A program made the translations under genes and the position numbers. The notes beneath the pieces were generated by a model that made no database searches, was not told where the DNA came from, and saw nothing but the letters and a program-made list of their open reading frames with translations. A DNA stretch of 64,000 nucleotides, from the NCBI GenBank assembly GCA_965240325.2, contig OZ251236.1, positions 558,001-622,000 on the forward strand. Direction: 5' to 3'. Source of the DNA: Rebecca billardiae RCC1528 (taxonomy: Eukaryota; Protista; Haptophyta). Every line of letters begins with the position of its first letter. Position 1 is the stretch's first letter. Below, in pieces: positions 12,932-24,723 of the stretch.

Positions 12932-15900
12932 ATGGCGCTCGTGCAGTACGCCGGGCCAGCGCCCGCGGACGCGCCGAGCATCTTCGACCTGGCGCGGCAC
13001 GACTCAAACGTCGAGGTGCTCAAGCGCGCGCTCGCCGACGACCCCGGCCGCGTGCTCGCGCGCAAAGGCGCGGGGCCGCTCGAGGCCACGCCGCTGCACG
13101 CGGCGGTGGAGGCGCACGCGGTGGCGTGCGCCCGCGCGCTCATGGGCGCGCTCGCCGAGTACGCCGCCCGCGCCGGCCAGCCCGCGCTGCCCGACGCCGC
13201 CTTGGCCGACGGCGAGGGCAACACGCCGCTCCACCTCGCCGTCGGCGCCCGGCACGCCGGCCGGCCGATGGTCGCGCCGATGGTCGGGCCGATGGTCGAG
13301 AAGATGGTCGAGGCGCTGCGCACCGCGCCGCGCTGGTTCAACCGGTGGCTGTGGCAGGTGAATAACGGCGGCCAGCGCCCCTTCCAGCTGCTGCCGCCCT
13401 CAACCTCGCGCGCGTCCGAGCGGCTGCGCGCGCTGCTGCAGCCCGCGGACCCGCCGCGCGCGCCGTTCGACAGCCTCGACATGCGCGCGCTCGAGTCGCA
13501 CGAGGCGGAGCTGGAGCGGGCGCTGGGCGCCCTCGTGCCCACGCCCGCGCCGCCCTCGCAGGAGGACGACGGGCACCACGACAAGTGCGGCCACTGCGCG
13601 AACGGCGGCAAGCTGTACACGTGCGACCGCTGCCCGCACGCGTGGCACTACGAGTGCGTCAAGGCGGCCAGCGGCGAGCTGCCCACCGACGACGAGCGGC
13701 AGGCGTGGCTCTGCCCGCGCTGCCTCGTCGACCTGTGCGCGCAGCACAGCGAGCGCGTCGCCCGCGAGCTCACGCCCGACGAGCTGCGCGCGCAGCGGCC
13801 CGGCGACGTCGAGCTGCGCGCGCTCGTGTGCTCGCTCGCGCTGCGCCCGCGCGGCGTGCTCAGGCACGCGCTGCCGGACGTCGAGGGCGCCGAGGGCGGC
13901 GAGGGCGAGGGCGCGGCCGGCTCGGCGGCGCGGGGCGGGGGCGTGCGCACGCCCCTTCCTCCCGCGCCGCCGCGCGCGCCGCCCGCGCTCATATCCGCGC
14001 GCGACTCGCCACGCACGCCCGCGCCGCCGCCCGCGGAGCGCGAGCCCAGCTCGGGCGCCGAGCAGCGGCCGCGCGTGCTCGGCGACACGATCCCGCCTGG
14101 CTGGCGCGGCCCGGCCGTGCCGCGCGTGCACTCGCTCGCGCACACGGCGCAGCTGCGCCACGCGCTGAGCACGGGCCCCGGCATCGTGCACGTGGGCGCG
14201 CCCACCGAGGCGGCGCGCGCGCTCGACGCCGAGCACCTGATCCGCTGCCTGCACCGCGCCGCGGGGCTGGGCGCGGCCGAGCCGGGCGTGCGCGCGCGCG
14301 CGCTGCAGGAGGCGGGCGGCATGCCCGCGCTCTTCCGCGGCCTCGCGCGCGCCGCGCGCGCCACCGCAGACGGCCCGACGCACGTCGCGCTGTACCACTC
14401 GGGGTACGCCCGCCAGGCGGTGCGCAACACGTCGGTGGACACGCTCGGGCAGCAGCTGAGCCGCGCGGAGCTGCAGAGAGAGCTGCACGCGCGCGGAGGG
14501 CAGCGCGCGCGCTCGGCGCGGCCGGCGCGGGCGGCGCAGCAGGCGAGGTGGCTCGCGCCCACGCCCGACGCGCAGGCGCAGACGCCGTCGTCGCAGCCGC
14601 CGGCGGAGCTCACGCTCGAAGACGTGAGCGGCCCCGCGCGACGCGCGCGCGCGCGCGCGCGCCCGCCTCTCGCGGGCTCAGCAGCCCGCGCGCGCCCACC
14701 GCCCGCCCGCCCTCTCTCCGCGCGCCCAGGCCGCCGACTTCCTCGGCGAGTCCGCCGGCGCGTACCCGCGCGTGGTGAACGTGCACACGCGCAGCGCGCC
14801 GTTGTTCGGCTCGCTGCACGCGCTGACGGCGCCGTGCGGGCTGGTGCCCGCCGAGGCGATGGTGCTCACCTCGGAGGCGGGCGCGCTCACGCGCGCGCAC
14901 GCCGACCGCACGCCGTACACCGTGGCGCTGCACCTGGTGCGCGGGCGCAAGCTGCTCATCGGCTTCGGCGCCGAGCACCTCGAGCGCGTGCTCGGCGGCT
15001 CGGAGAAGCTGCGCGCGGCGGACGACGGCATCCTGCACGGGCTCGACCCGCTGCGGCCGTGCCGCGACGACTTCCCCGAGTTTGCGCGCGCGCGGCCGAT
15101 GGCGATCGACATGCGCGCGGGCGACGTGGTCGTGTTCGCGCCGGGCGTGGTGCACTTCGTGCTCACGCTCGAGGACTCGGTGATGCTCACCGCCGAGTGC
15201 GTCGACCGCTACCAGCTCGCGCGCGCGCTCGCGGTCGCGCCCGCCGTGATGCGCACGGACGACGAGCCGCCGCGCACGCGCGCCGAGATTGCAGACGAGC
15301 TCACGCACGTGCGCACGGTGCTGGGCGTGCTGCGCGCGGCCGCGTCCGAGGCCGAGGCGGAGTGCGCCGCGGTGCTCGGGCCGGTGCTCACGCACAAGCT
15401 GCCGCACAACGCGCTGCTGCGCCTGCCCCTCTGCGCCGCGCCGCCCGGCACCGCCGCCCTCGAGCTGCGCACGCTGCGGCACGAGATGAAACGCGAGCAG
15501 GAGTTGATGCACGCGGCGCACCTGTGGGGGCCCTGGCACGCGCTCGCTGTCGACAGCGGCTACGGGATCGAAATCGTGCGCTTCGACGACGAGGCGCTCG
15601 GCGGCTTGGACGGCGCGCCCCGCCGCGCGCCGCCGCCGCCGCCACCGTCGACGACCACGACGACGACCACCGACGACGACGCCGACGACGACGCCGACGC
15701 CGACGCCGACGCCGAGGGCGAGGGCGGCGGCGGGGGCGCGCCATCGCAGCCTCGGTGGGCGGGCGCGCGCTACCCGCCGGTGGTGGCCAAGCTGGACGCC
15801 TCCGGCGCACCGACGTCGGAGCTGCGCAAGCCGACCAAGTTTGACCGGCTGCAGGGGCTGGCGGTGCTCCCCGCCGCCGACTCGCGCCCCTCCTCTCCTC

Positions 15901-17729
15901 GCTCGCACGTGTACACCGTGCTGCACGTCGAGAGCAAGGCAAACCCTCGCTTTGTGCTGCACCGCTGGAGCGCGGCGCCGAGCGGCGCGGCGGCGGCGGC
16001 CGACGGCTGTGCGGCCGACGAGCCGCCGAGGCTCGAGGTCGTGGAGGAGCTCGAGCTCGAGCTGGGCGCCGTGCACCGCTTCCAGATGTTCGGCCTCGCC
16101 GTGCTGCAGCCGTGCGTGCCCGCGCCGCCGAGGGGCGGCAGCGCGCACGGCCCGGCGCCGCCCGGCGCGCGCTCGCTGGCGAGTCTCTTCACGACCGCGG
16201 TGGACACGCACGGCCTGCTGCAGAACTGCGTGATGCGCATCGACCTCGGCCCGGACGGCGAGCTGCGCCACGCGACGCCCTCGCTGCACGCGTTCCTGCC
16301 CAAGCACGGCTGCGGCGAGCCCAAGATGCTGTGCGTGGGCCCCGCGCGCTCGCTGTTTGTGGTGACGCAGGCGAGCGCGGACGCGGGCACGACCGCCGCG
16401 CACGACGGCGCGCCCGCCGCCGCAGCGCATGACGAGCCCGCCGTGCTGCACGTCGAGCCGGACGGCGGCGTGAGCGTCTTCGCCCGCGGCACGTCGGACG
16501 GGCTGGACACGCCCCGCTCGTGCGCGTGCCTCGTCGTGCGCGGCGCGCTGCGCCTCCTCGTCGCCAACGGCGGCGGCCCGTGCGGCAAGTTCGTGACCGA
16601 GTTCGACGTGCTGCCCGGCGCACAGGAGGGCAGCGCGCGCGCGGGCGCAAAGGTGCGGCACCACGCGAGCAACATGAAGCAGCCGGTGCGCGCGCGCGCC
16701 GCCGACGACGCAAACGAGGTGCGCAAGGCCGATCTCGACGCGTTCTACCCGGTCGCGCTGCTCGTGCCGAGCGCCGCCGTGCACGCGGTCCAGCACCCGT
16801 GCGCGGCGGAGGACGCGCTGCTGCGGCCGCCACACCGCGCGCGCGCAGACGCGGACGCCGCGGCCGAGGGCGCAGCGAGAGACGAGAAGGGCGCGCCGCC
16901 GCGCGCAAAGCCCGCGCGGCTCAAGCCACCGGCGCCGCGCCCGCCCGCCGACGCCGACGCGTGCGGCTGCCCGGCCGCCAAGCCGAGCGCGTACAACGTG
17001 GGCACGCGCAAGCGCGGCGTGGACGGGCGCGAGTACGAGGTGGACGTGGCGTGCAAGCGGCTCAAGAACTCGACCATGCCCGGCGCGATCAGCCGGCACT
17101 TCTGGCGGCTCGTGGAGGCGGAGGCGGAGGAGGAGGACGCCAAGCGCGCCCACGCGGCCGGTGAGCCGGGGCCCGCGGCAGCCGGCGCGGGCGCGCTGGG
17201 CCGGCACGCGAGGCCGGCTCCACGCCGCCCCACCAGGCGGGGGAGTCCGGCGCGCGCGCCCGCGACGATCGACCTGACCAACGACACGGACGAGGAGGCG
17301 GACGCGGACGAGCACCTCGCTCCGCACGCCGCGCACCCCGACCCAGACCCGCCCGGCGCCGCGCCACTCGGCCGGCCGCCCTCGCCCGCCACGCCGTGCG
17401 CGGGCGGCCTGCAGCACACGGCCGGTGCCCCAGGGCTCGAGCCGCCGGGGCCAGGCGCCACCCCCGCGTGCGCTGCGCACCACCCTGCTGCACCGTCGGG
17501 GGCGCTGCCCGCTGGCGCCGCGCCCGCACACGTGCACGTGGACGAGGGCGCGCCGAGTCGCGACGCCGGTCCGACAGAGGACGCTGCCCCCGCCTGTGCG
17601 CCGAGCAATGCGCGCGGGGGTCACCACGCGCCCGCGATGACGACGGCGGCGCCAATGGGCTACGGCCGCGTTGTGGACGTCGAGGACGTGACGACGACGG
17701 ATGACGACGACGACGACGAAGCCTGCTAA
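12932..17729 (+). CDS. Ankyrin-PHD-JmjC chromatin protein with putative beta-propeller region
   Basis: Ankyrin motifs TPLHAAV and DGEGNTPLHLAV; PHD CGHC..CDRCPHAWH..C..WLCPRC. Intron 14624-14729 (GTGAGC..CCCAG) joins the two ORFs in frame. JmjC HAD..GRK..AGDVVVFAPGVVHFV. NHL-like segments follow (GLDTPRSCACL, LLVANGG). Confidence 0.8.
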
Positions 17730-17968
17730 CTAATAACACTGTTGACTGTACGAGTACGACAGTGTCGCCCGTCACGAGCTCGGAGTCACAGCACACGACT
17801 GCTATTATCGCGCGATATCACGATGATGATGCGCGCCGCCGACGATCGATATGCTCAGACACCATGATCTGCATCGGCGCGGCAGCACCGAGCACGGTCA
17901 GTCGACAGCCATACGTAGGCAATCACGCGCGGGTAATAAGATTAAATATATATATATATATATATATT

Positions 17969-19496
17969 ATATATTTAACGACGTGGCAGCATCGGACAAG
18001 CGTCAGGCTCAGAGTGCAACAGACACATAGAATGCGTCCGCGCCTTCCGTCCAGGTCAGATGCCAGTGCGCCACCCGCAGCCCTGCCCCCCTACGGGAGC
18101 GGGGCCGGGATGGAGCACCGCCTCGGCCTGGGGCACGCGGCGGCGACGGCAGATGCCGCCGCGGCCGAGCGCCTTCCGGATTATGGCCCGCGGTGCAGGG
18201 CGGAGCGCGCAGCGTGGAGCCCGCACCAGCGGGCCCGAACCACGTTTCAAAAAGATCTTTGATCAAGAAAAAAGGGACGGGGGGCGGCGGGAAAAAAGGG
18301 ACGGGGGGCGATTTTTAGGGCTGGCGGAGACCGAGTTTCGAGTTTTGAGATCGCATAGAGAGGTCTATTAGGCCGAAAAAGAGCGCGCCCAGCTGATTCC
18401 ATAAGTAATCGATGGATGGGACGTGAGCCTGGCCGTGACTTCAGTCCAACGGTTCGTTACGAGCGAATCGTACTCGTCTTCCCGGATCGCGTGACGTCCG
18501 GACTGGGCCACATCCGGATCGTCGGAGGTGACGTGCCCCGGCACGATGGGCGATGGCAGATATGCGGGACGGCGCCTGCACGTGCCTCCGGACCCGCCTC
18601 CCGCTTGCTGCTCACGCAGTCAGCTGCGACCGTGGCGCATGATCGCAGAAGCAGTGCCGGCAGTACGGCCTGCATCAGCTAGTGCCGCGCCGTCGTGGCG
18701 CGCGCGGTACGGTTGCGCGTTTGCAGCGCTCGCCGCTCGGCGACGGCACGCGCGTGCGGCTCAGGTGTGTCAAATGCGGTCTCGTCGGCGCGCTTTCGCC
18801 TGCCACCTCGTGCACCCGTGCCGCCAGTTTCATCGTCTTCATGAGGACTGCTGCTGCTGTCGCCATCCGCTCTCCATCACCCCGAGTCGCCGGTCGCGCG
18901 GCGCGCGCGGTAGGCACTAGGCAGGGCGTACGGTCACTCACCCGTGCAACGGGTCAAGTGGCCAGAGTACGTCTGGTCGTTGGCTGGCACGGGCCGCAGC
19001 GCTAAAGCACCCTGCTGTCACACCCGACTCCTTCAGTACTCCGAGCTCCGCGGCACGACTCACTCGGCACGATCGCGGACGGGTCGGATCCGAGCTGATC
19101 AGCCAGAGTTGGACACAGTTTGGCAGCTACTAGTAGTAATTCCGATGCCGATGGCACGATCGCGGACGGGTCGGATCCGAGCTGATCAGCCAGTTGGACA
19201 TTTGGCAGCTAGTTGTCAGACGGACGTCCGATTTGACGACCGGTGCCGGGTGCGGTCTCAGGTCCGCTGCTGTGATTGTGTGAAGTGTGAATGAGTCTCG
19301 CGGTCGCGCAGGCACTAGGCAGGGCGACGGTCGGACTAATAGCTTCAGTCATCTCAGAACCGACTTCAACTGGCGAACTGCCACTACGGCGGAGAGCCGC
19401 GATTGCACGGCCACCGCGGGCCCCCAACTGCGTTGATTCTATGCAGAAAAGGACCGCGGAACGCGGTCATATATTTAACGACGTGGCAGCATCGGA
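17969..19496. repeat. 1.5-kb segment bracketed by a perfect 28-bp direct repeat
   Basis: atatatttaacgacgtggcagcatcgga occurs at 17969-17996 and 19469-19496. Internal short duplications lie at about 18268-18310 and 19066/19153. Confidence 0.75.
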
Positions 19497-19500
19497 TATA

Positions 19501-21502
19501 TGATTAAACTTTCTTCAGGAATGCGCACCAGAAAAAGCCTTAAGAATCCGCGCGGCCCAAGATGGGGTCGGCGGCCACGACGGCGGTTATGCGCCCTCGC
19601 GCGCCTTCGAGCGGCTCGTGCGCGCCATGAAGTGCGCCAAACCATGCTCGCGACATGCTCGTTCGTCGACGCTGTTCGTTGGACGATCGCATGCCAGCCC
19701 ACGCCGACGTCTGAGTGCGCCTCGCCGCGCACGGTACAGCTTTACGGTACACGGTACGATTCGGCCGCGAGCAGCCTCGTGCGCGCGACCGAGCCAGAGG
19801 TGGTCGTCGAGAGTAGCACGAGTGGCGGCACACGCGCGGGCCTGATCGTTGCCGAATATCTGACGCACCAATCGACCTCGCCCAGCGCCATCTGCTCGTT
19901 TGCGCACGTGTCGGAAAGAATGAGCAGCTGCCTGCAAACGCCGAGCGCGCAGATGAGGCGTGGGCGAGCGAAGGGGCGGCGAGGGCCGGCGCGTGCGCGC
20001 GCGTAAATTCGAGACTCCCCATACGCATCAAAACACACCGCGCTCGCTCGTCGAGCTGCGCACGGGTATCGGTGTGCGCGCGCCAACGCGGCGCGCCGTG
20101 CACGCGCCCGGCGAATGCACACCTGCTCGCGCGCGCACGCGCGCGTGATGGACCGAGGAGGTCGCGCGAGCATGCGCGATGTGTCTGGATGGAGCACGTG
20201 TGAGGTGTAGGCTGCGCTCCGCGCGCGCTCCGCCACCGTGCACCGCGCTGTCCCTCGCCCGCGCGGTCGCTGCCGAGCCCGGATTCAAACGTGTGCGAGC
20301 CCGCAAGCGCACCTCTGAGCAGCAGTCGCAGCTATCGTGTCGAAGGCTTGGCGAGAGGCAGATGTGCATGGCAAGTCGCGCAATGGGGGTGCCCATCACG
20401 CGCACACACTCGCGCACGCTCGCCGCACCACCTCGTCGCGCCCACGTGCAGCGCGCGGGGCGCGCTTCGCGCCCGGAGCAGCTGCCGAGCGGCTGCTGCG
20501 CGCGGCGCGCGCGGCGAGTAGGGCTCAGCCAATGGTCCGAGGGCGAGCCTGCCGAGCGTCGTGCGTGGCGCGCGCGGACCTAGTACAACGCCGCGTACCA
20601 CTCGCTGCCACCATAGGGCCCGTACCGGCGAGCTGTGGCCGCCGCAGACACCAAAAAGCAGCCCAACGGTCAGCGCGCGACAGCCGACGAGCGCGTGACG
20701 CGCGCGTCCACCACCGTGATGAGCACGGACGAGCGCGCGCGCCCGTGTCGTAGCTCAGGTGGGGTCCCCCGATCGCACGCACCACCGCGCTGCCACGCCT
20801 TCGACCATCTTGTGTCACCATGTGGCCGCTCGCCGCTCGCGCCGAGCGGCTGGCGGCGCAGCTGCACGACCGGCAAACAGTCAGCGCGCAGCAAGGGTGG
20901 AGTCCGGCGAGGGTCGGCCGGACTGTCCGGCGCCACCAAGGTGGACCACGCGGTGGTCACCGGCGCGCTCGTCACCACGCTCGAGGCCATGGAGGCCGCC
21001 CACGAGCAGAAATGCTCACTGCATCTGCCTGTGCACTGCCTTTGCAGTGCTCCTGTGCGCGCGCGCGCAGCGCCAACGAGCGAAAGCGTTTGCCGTGACC
21101 TAGTCCGGGGCTCAAGGGTACCACCATCAAAGAATGGAATGCGCGCAAAGGTCACGGCAAACAAATTTTGTGTCGCCCGTGCCGCGCGCGCGCGAGCACG
21201 GCCAATGCGGCTCCTTGCACATCTGCTGCAGATCGGCTCGTGCTCGTCGAGGGCGGCGAAGAGACGGGTGCGCGCTCGCGAGCGAGCGTACCTGAGAGTG
21301 ATATCGGCATCCGATCAGGAAGAGCGGGTCGATCTGCCCGCAGCTCGTCGCACGATCGCGAGAGCGCACGTGCGGTCGACGAGGAAGAAGGCCCGCATCG
21401 TGGCGTTTCCGCCAGTGGCGGGCCGGCTCGAGATTTGACGGCGAAACTCCAGCGGATTCTTAAGGCTTTTTCTGGTGCGCATTCCTGAAGAAAGTTTAAT
21501 CA
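19501..21502. mobile_element. Non-autonomous TIR element with perfect 51-bp TIRs in TA context
   Basis: tgattaaactttcttcaggaatgcgcaccagaaaaagccttaagaatccgc (19501-19551) and its exact reverse complement (21452-21502), flanked by TATA on both sides. No intact transposase. Confidence 0.88.
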
Positions 21503-21510
21503 TATATATA

Positions 21511-22206
21511 TGTGGCGTTATAACGGAGTTATAACCGAGTGTGTCGGGAGGCTGGAAAGGCAACGCGCAGCTGGTGGACAAGGGCCGCCATCGTCTTCTA
21601 GGTCCTGCAGGTAGTTGCAGTCGATTTCCGGAGCTCATCGGCCACGGAGCTATCCTTTATCATCATCATGGCGGGCGCTGGTCCTTTCATATCGGCCAAC
21701 CACACTGGCTCCTCTGTAAGTACCCGCTCCTCTCCACTATCCGGCGCTCGAGATCATATCCAAGGTCATCTTAAGTCGGCGTGGCAACTTACCAAAGTTC
21801 ATATCAAGCAGCCCACCTAGCAGAGCTCGCTCGATCATCGGTTACACGACCTTTCGGGCCGAGCTGCTCATCTCTCGGCAGCCCCTGCTTCGGCCTGCGC
21901 ATTTGCAAAGCCCGAGGTCCCGCCATCTCCTCTGCGTTCTTTGCTTTTGCTGCCACACGCTGGCGCAGTCTGCGCGCAGCTTTGGCACCGTCGGCTCAGT
22001 CGCTCTTCCCGTTCAGCCAGGGACAAATCCCCACCACGCGCAAGTATATATTTATACATCACCATTTCGGCATGGTGTGTATCGGCATTTGCTGCATGCT
22101 CGCATATATGCTGCAATACCTGCCCTCGCATGCACATCACGCAGACTGTGGGTGATGTTCGTCCATACTCAATGGCGTCGCGTCGCTCTTCATGCAGGAG
22201 GACACA
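21511..22206. mobile_element. Possible solo LTR inserted in a (TA)n run
   Basis: A 696-bp block with TGTG...CACA ends, (TA)n on both sides, lower GC and an internal TATA-like tatatatttata. No second copy in the window. Confidence 0.35.
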
Positions 22207-22237
<31 letters not shown>

Positions 22238-23149
22238 ATATATATATAATTATTTATTAATATAAGGACGCGCTGCGCATGTCACGTTATAAGACACTCC
22301 GGGGCTTGCGTGCTATAATGTCTGCGCGGATCTGGCCTAGAAACTGAGACTAGCGATTGGCTGGTTCGCTATATCAGATATATGGTGCAGCTCGAGAGCC
22401 GCCAAGCCGCACGAGAGCAAGGCACGAAGCACCATCGTGCAGAGGGCATCACGAAGATGCGGGCCCGGAAACAGCTGCAGCCATCATGCCAGTGGGCACT
22501 TCCGAAGGGCGTTCGCTGCGAGTGAGCGAGAGGCACTGGACTGCGTCGGTTCGCTCGGCGCCTGACGATGAAAAAACCCAGTTCACCAATTCACAATTGG
22601 CAGTCCTGTGCCGCCACCAACCTTGCCTATTTGCCTAAGGCCCAGGAGCATCACAACGAGTAGGTTGTTCGGGGTCGTTGTGCGAGCGCACAGAGCAGAC
22701 TCGAAAGTCCCTCGTGGCACGAGAAGAGGGTGGCCAAGATGGCAGCCGGACTTGAGCTCGGCCGCCTGGCTCGGGCCGAATGGCAGGCAGGTGTTGATAC
22801 GGCGCATTGCGCTCCCACCGTCCTCTTAGACAATCAGTTATTGTGCCAATAACTACACATATACGCATCATAGTCACACTAAGAAACCGGGACTACGTCG
22901 CCCGCGGCTGTGACGAGTGGCCCGCCGAGGCGCAGTGCCCGTGGGACGCGGCGCGCGGCCCGACTACCGGCACCGCTACGTCTACGAGTACACTGGCCAA
23001 GTCCCGACTTCTCCTGATGACTGACTCCTGGCCAGTGCACCGCGCAGCATCCATGCAACCTCATGCCAGATTTGCTCCAAAATATGGCCCAAATTTTTCA
23101 TCGGCCTCGCCGGCCGGGCCTAAGCCCGAAAAACTCCTAAGCGGGGGGC

Positions 23150-23310
23150 TCTGCCCCCCTGCTGCGCCCCCCCGCGCCTGCGCGGCGGGCGGACCTAGCT
23201 AAGAAACTGCTGAGACTCCGTAGGCGCTCGGGCTACCGAACGGCTAAGAAACCGGGACTAGCCGTGAGATCTCTGACTTCTTATTGCCCGCGATTGCCTG
23301 TACGCGACTA
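23150..23310 (+). repeat. Dispersed short repeat, copy A (paralog at about 53290-53490)
   Basis: Shared blocks: cctgctgcgcccc, gcgggcggaccta, taagaaactgctgagactccg, aggcgctcgggc, acggctaagaa, tagccgtg.gatctct, cgcgattgcctgta. Confidence 0.75.
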
Positions 23311-23357
23311 TATATGCATATCGTCCGGCCGAGGACATATCGCACATTAAATTATTT

Positions 23358-23828
23358 TAGAGGGGTCAGAGCCCCACTGTGGCCGTGGGGTGTGTGGCCC
23401 AAAATCCAAAAACCACTTTCTGTCGTCTTGAGATGAGGCTCTCAAACTTCGGGATGTCAATATTCGCCTGAAATGATCTGGGGTCACGCTGACAAGTTTT
23501 GCGAAAATAAAATGCATATCATCATACATACTGGAGATATATGACCTCAATCTCGATGCGATCTCGGCAACATTAGTAGGGGAGATACACGATCTCCAAG
23601 GTGATCTCGCTATTTGCACCAGAATCGCACCGGCTAGATCGCATTTTGGCAGTCTGAAATTGGCACAGGCGGATTCTACGCCCTGGAAGTACAGTAAGCC
23701 TTAACGCCTACTAACTAGATCGTCCAAGTAAACTTACCCGTGTGATAGTTCATGCTAAGAGATTTCGTCGGGAGATTATTGTATTTGTGGCACCCGGGAG
23801 TGTAACGGTCGGAGCTCTGACCCCACTA
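23358..23828. mobile_element. About 470-bp MITE with hAT-like TAG...CTA termini
   Basis: 15-bp TIR tagaggggtcagagc / gctctgaccccacta (1 mismatch) with AT-rich interior. cattaaat(t) occurs in both flanks; the left copy is offset by about 5 bp. Confidence 0.6.
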
Positions 23829-24723
23829 CATTAAATTTTATCATCACGATAGCTAGTCGATAGCTACTCATAGCTTAGCGCGCTACTGTATAGACGATTC
23901 ATCACTACTACCGGTATTCGCGGCCAGTGACTCAGTCAGTCTGAGACAGTCTCAGTGGGGCAGCCGCAGCAGCGCTCGTGGTCTTAGCAATCAGGAGACC
24001 CGCGTCGTCCTACCTGTGAGTATAGCGCATCCGAGCATCGTCCTCATGCCGGCAGGCGATGACAGCGTGTCGTCCGGGACTAGCCGCGTGGCCCGCGACA
24101 TGGCATGGGATGAGTGGACGCGGTGCCAGGGCCCAGGACAGAGTGGCCCAGGTGCTCAGCGCGCCGAGTACGCAGACTACGTCTACGGTCACGGTACGGC
24201 AGCCGCGGAGCGTCGTACTGGCGTATAGCACTATACTGGCTATAGCGCCGCAGTCCGACGAGAGTCACCCGTCAGGGGCGGCGGTCAGGGCGGCCGCCCA
24301 ACTCCAAGGCGTCATCGCACGCCCGCCGAATGCGGCCGAATCGCCCGGCCGGCGGCACGCATCAGCCGATTACGCGGCAGCCGATCATCCGTTACACTTA
24401 CATCCGACGATCATCGCACGACTATACGGTCGTAGTAAGCAGACGACGTGACCGTAGTGTAAACTGATCCGTCGGAGTCGGAGGTCCCACGGTGCTCTAG
24501 CTGCTGACGCTGATGCGTGACGAGATATTGGCAGTGAATGAACTTATTAGCAGCAGCACGGCATCAGCCTAAGAGTCGCATGCACGCTGCGCGCGCCTGC
24601 GCTCCTGTTGCAGAGGATGGGTTCGAGTTCTCGAGCTTCGCGGCCTGCTGATCAGAGCCGACGGGACTCGGCTTGACGACCCTCTGATTAAGTGCTGCTG
24701 TCGTCCACTGCATGACTGTGGCA

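Noticed and set aside
14610-17627. Long antisense or alternative-frame ORFs (also 24569-26419, 41457-43313, 48056-50545, 56261-58246, 58301-60181)
   Set aside because: Shadows of real genes caused by GC-rich codon usage.
19587-19937. HSFRH motif suggesting a tyrosine recombinase
   Set aside because: No LGH or catalytic Tyr context and the surrounding residues do not fit.
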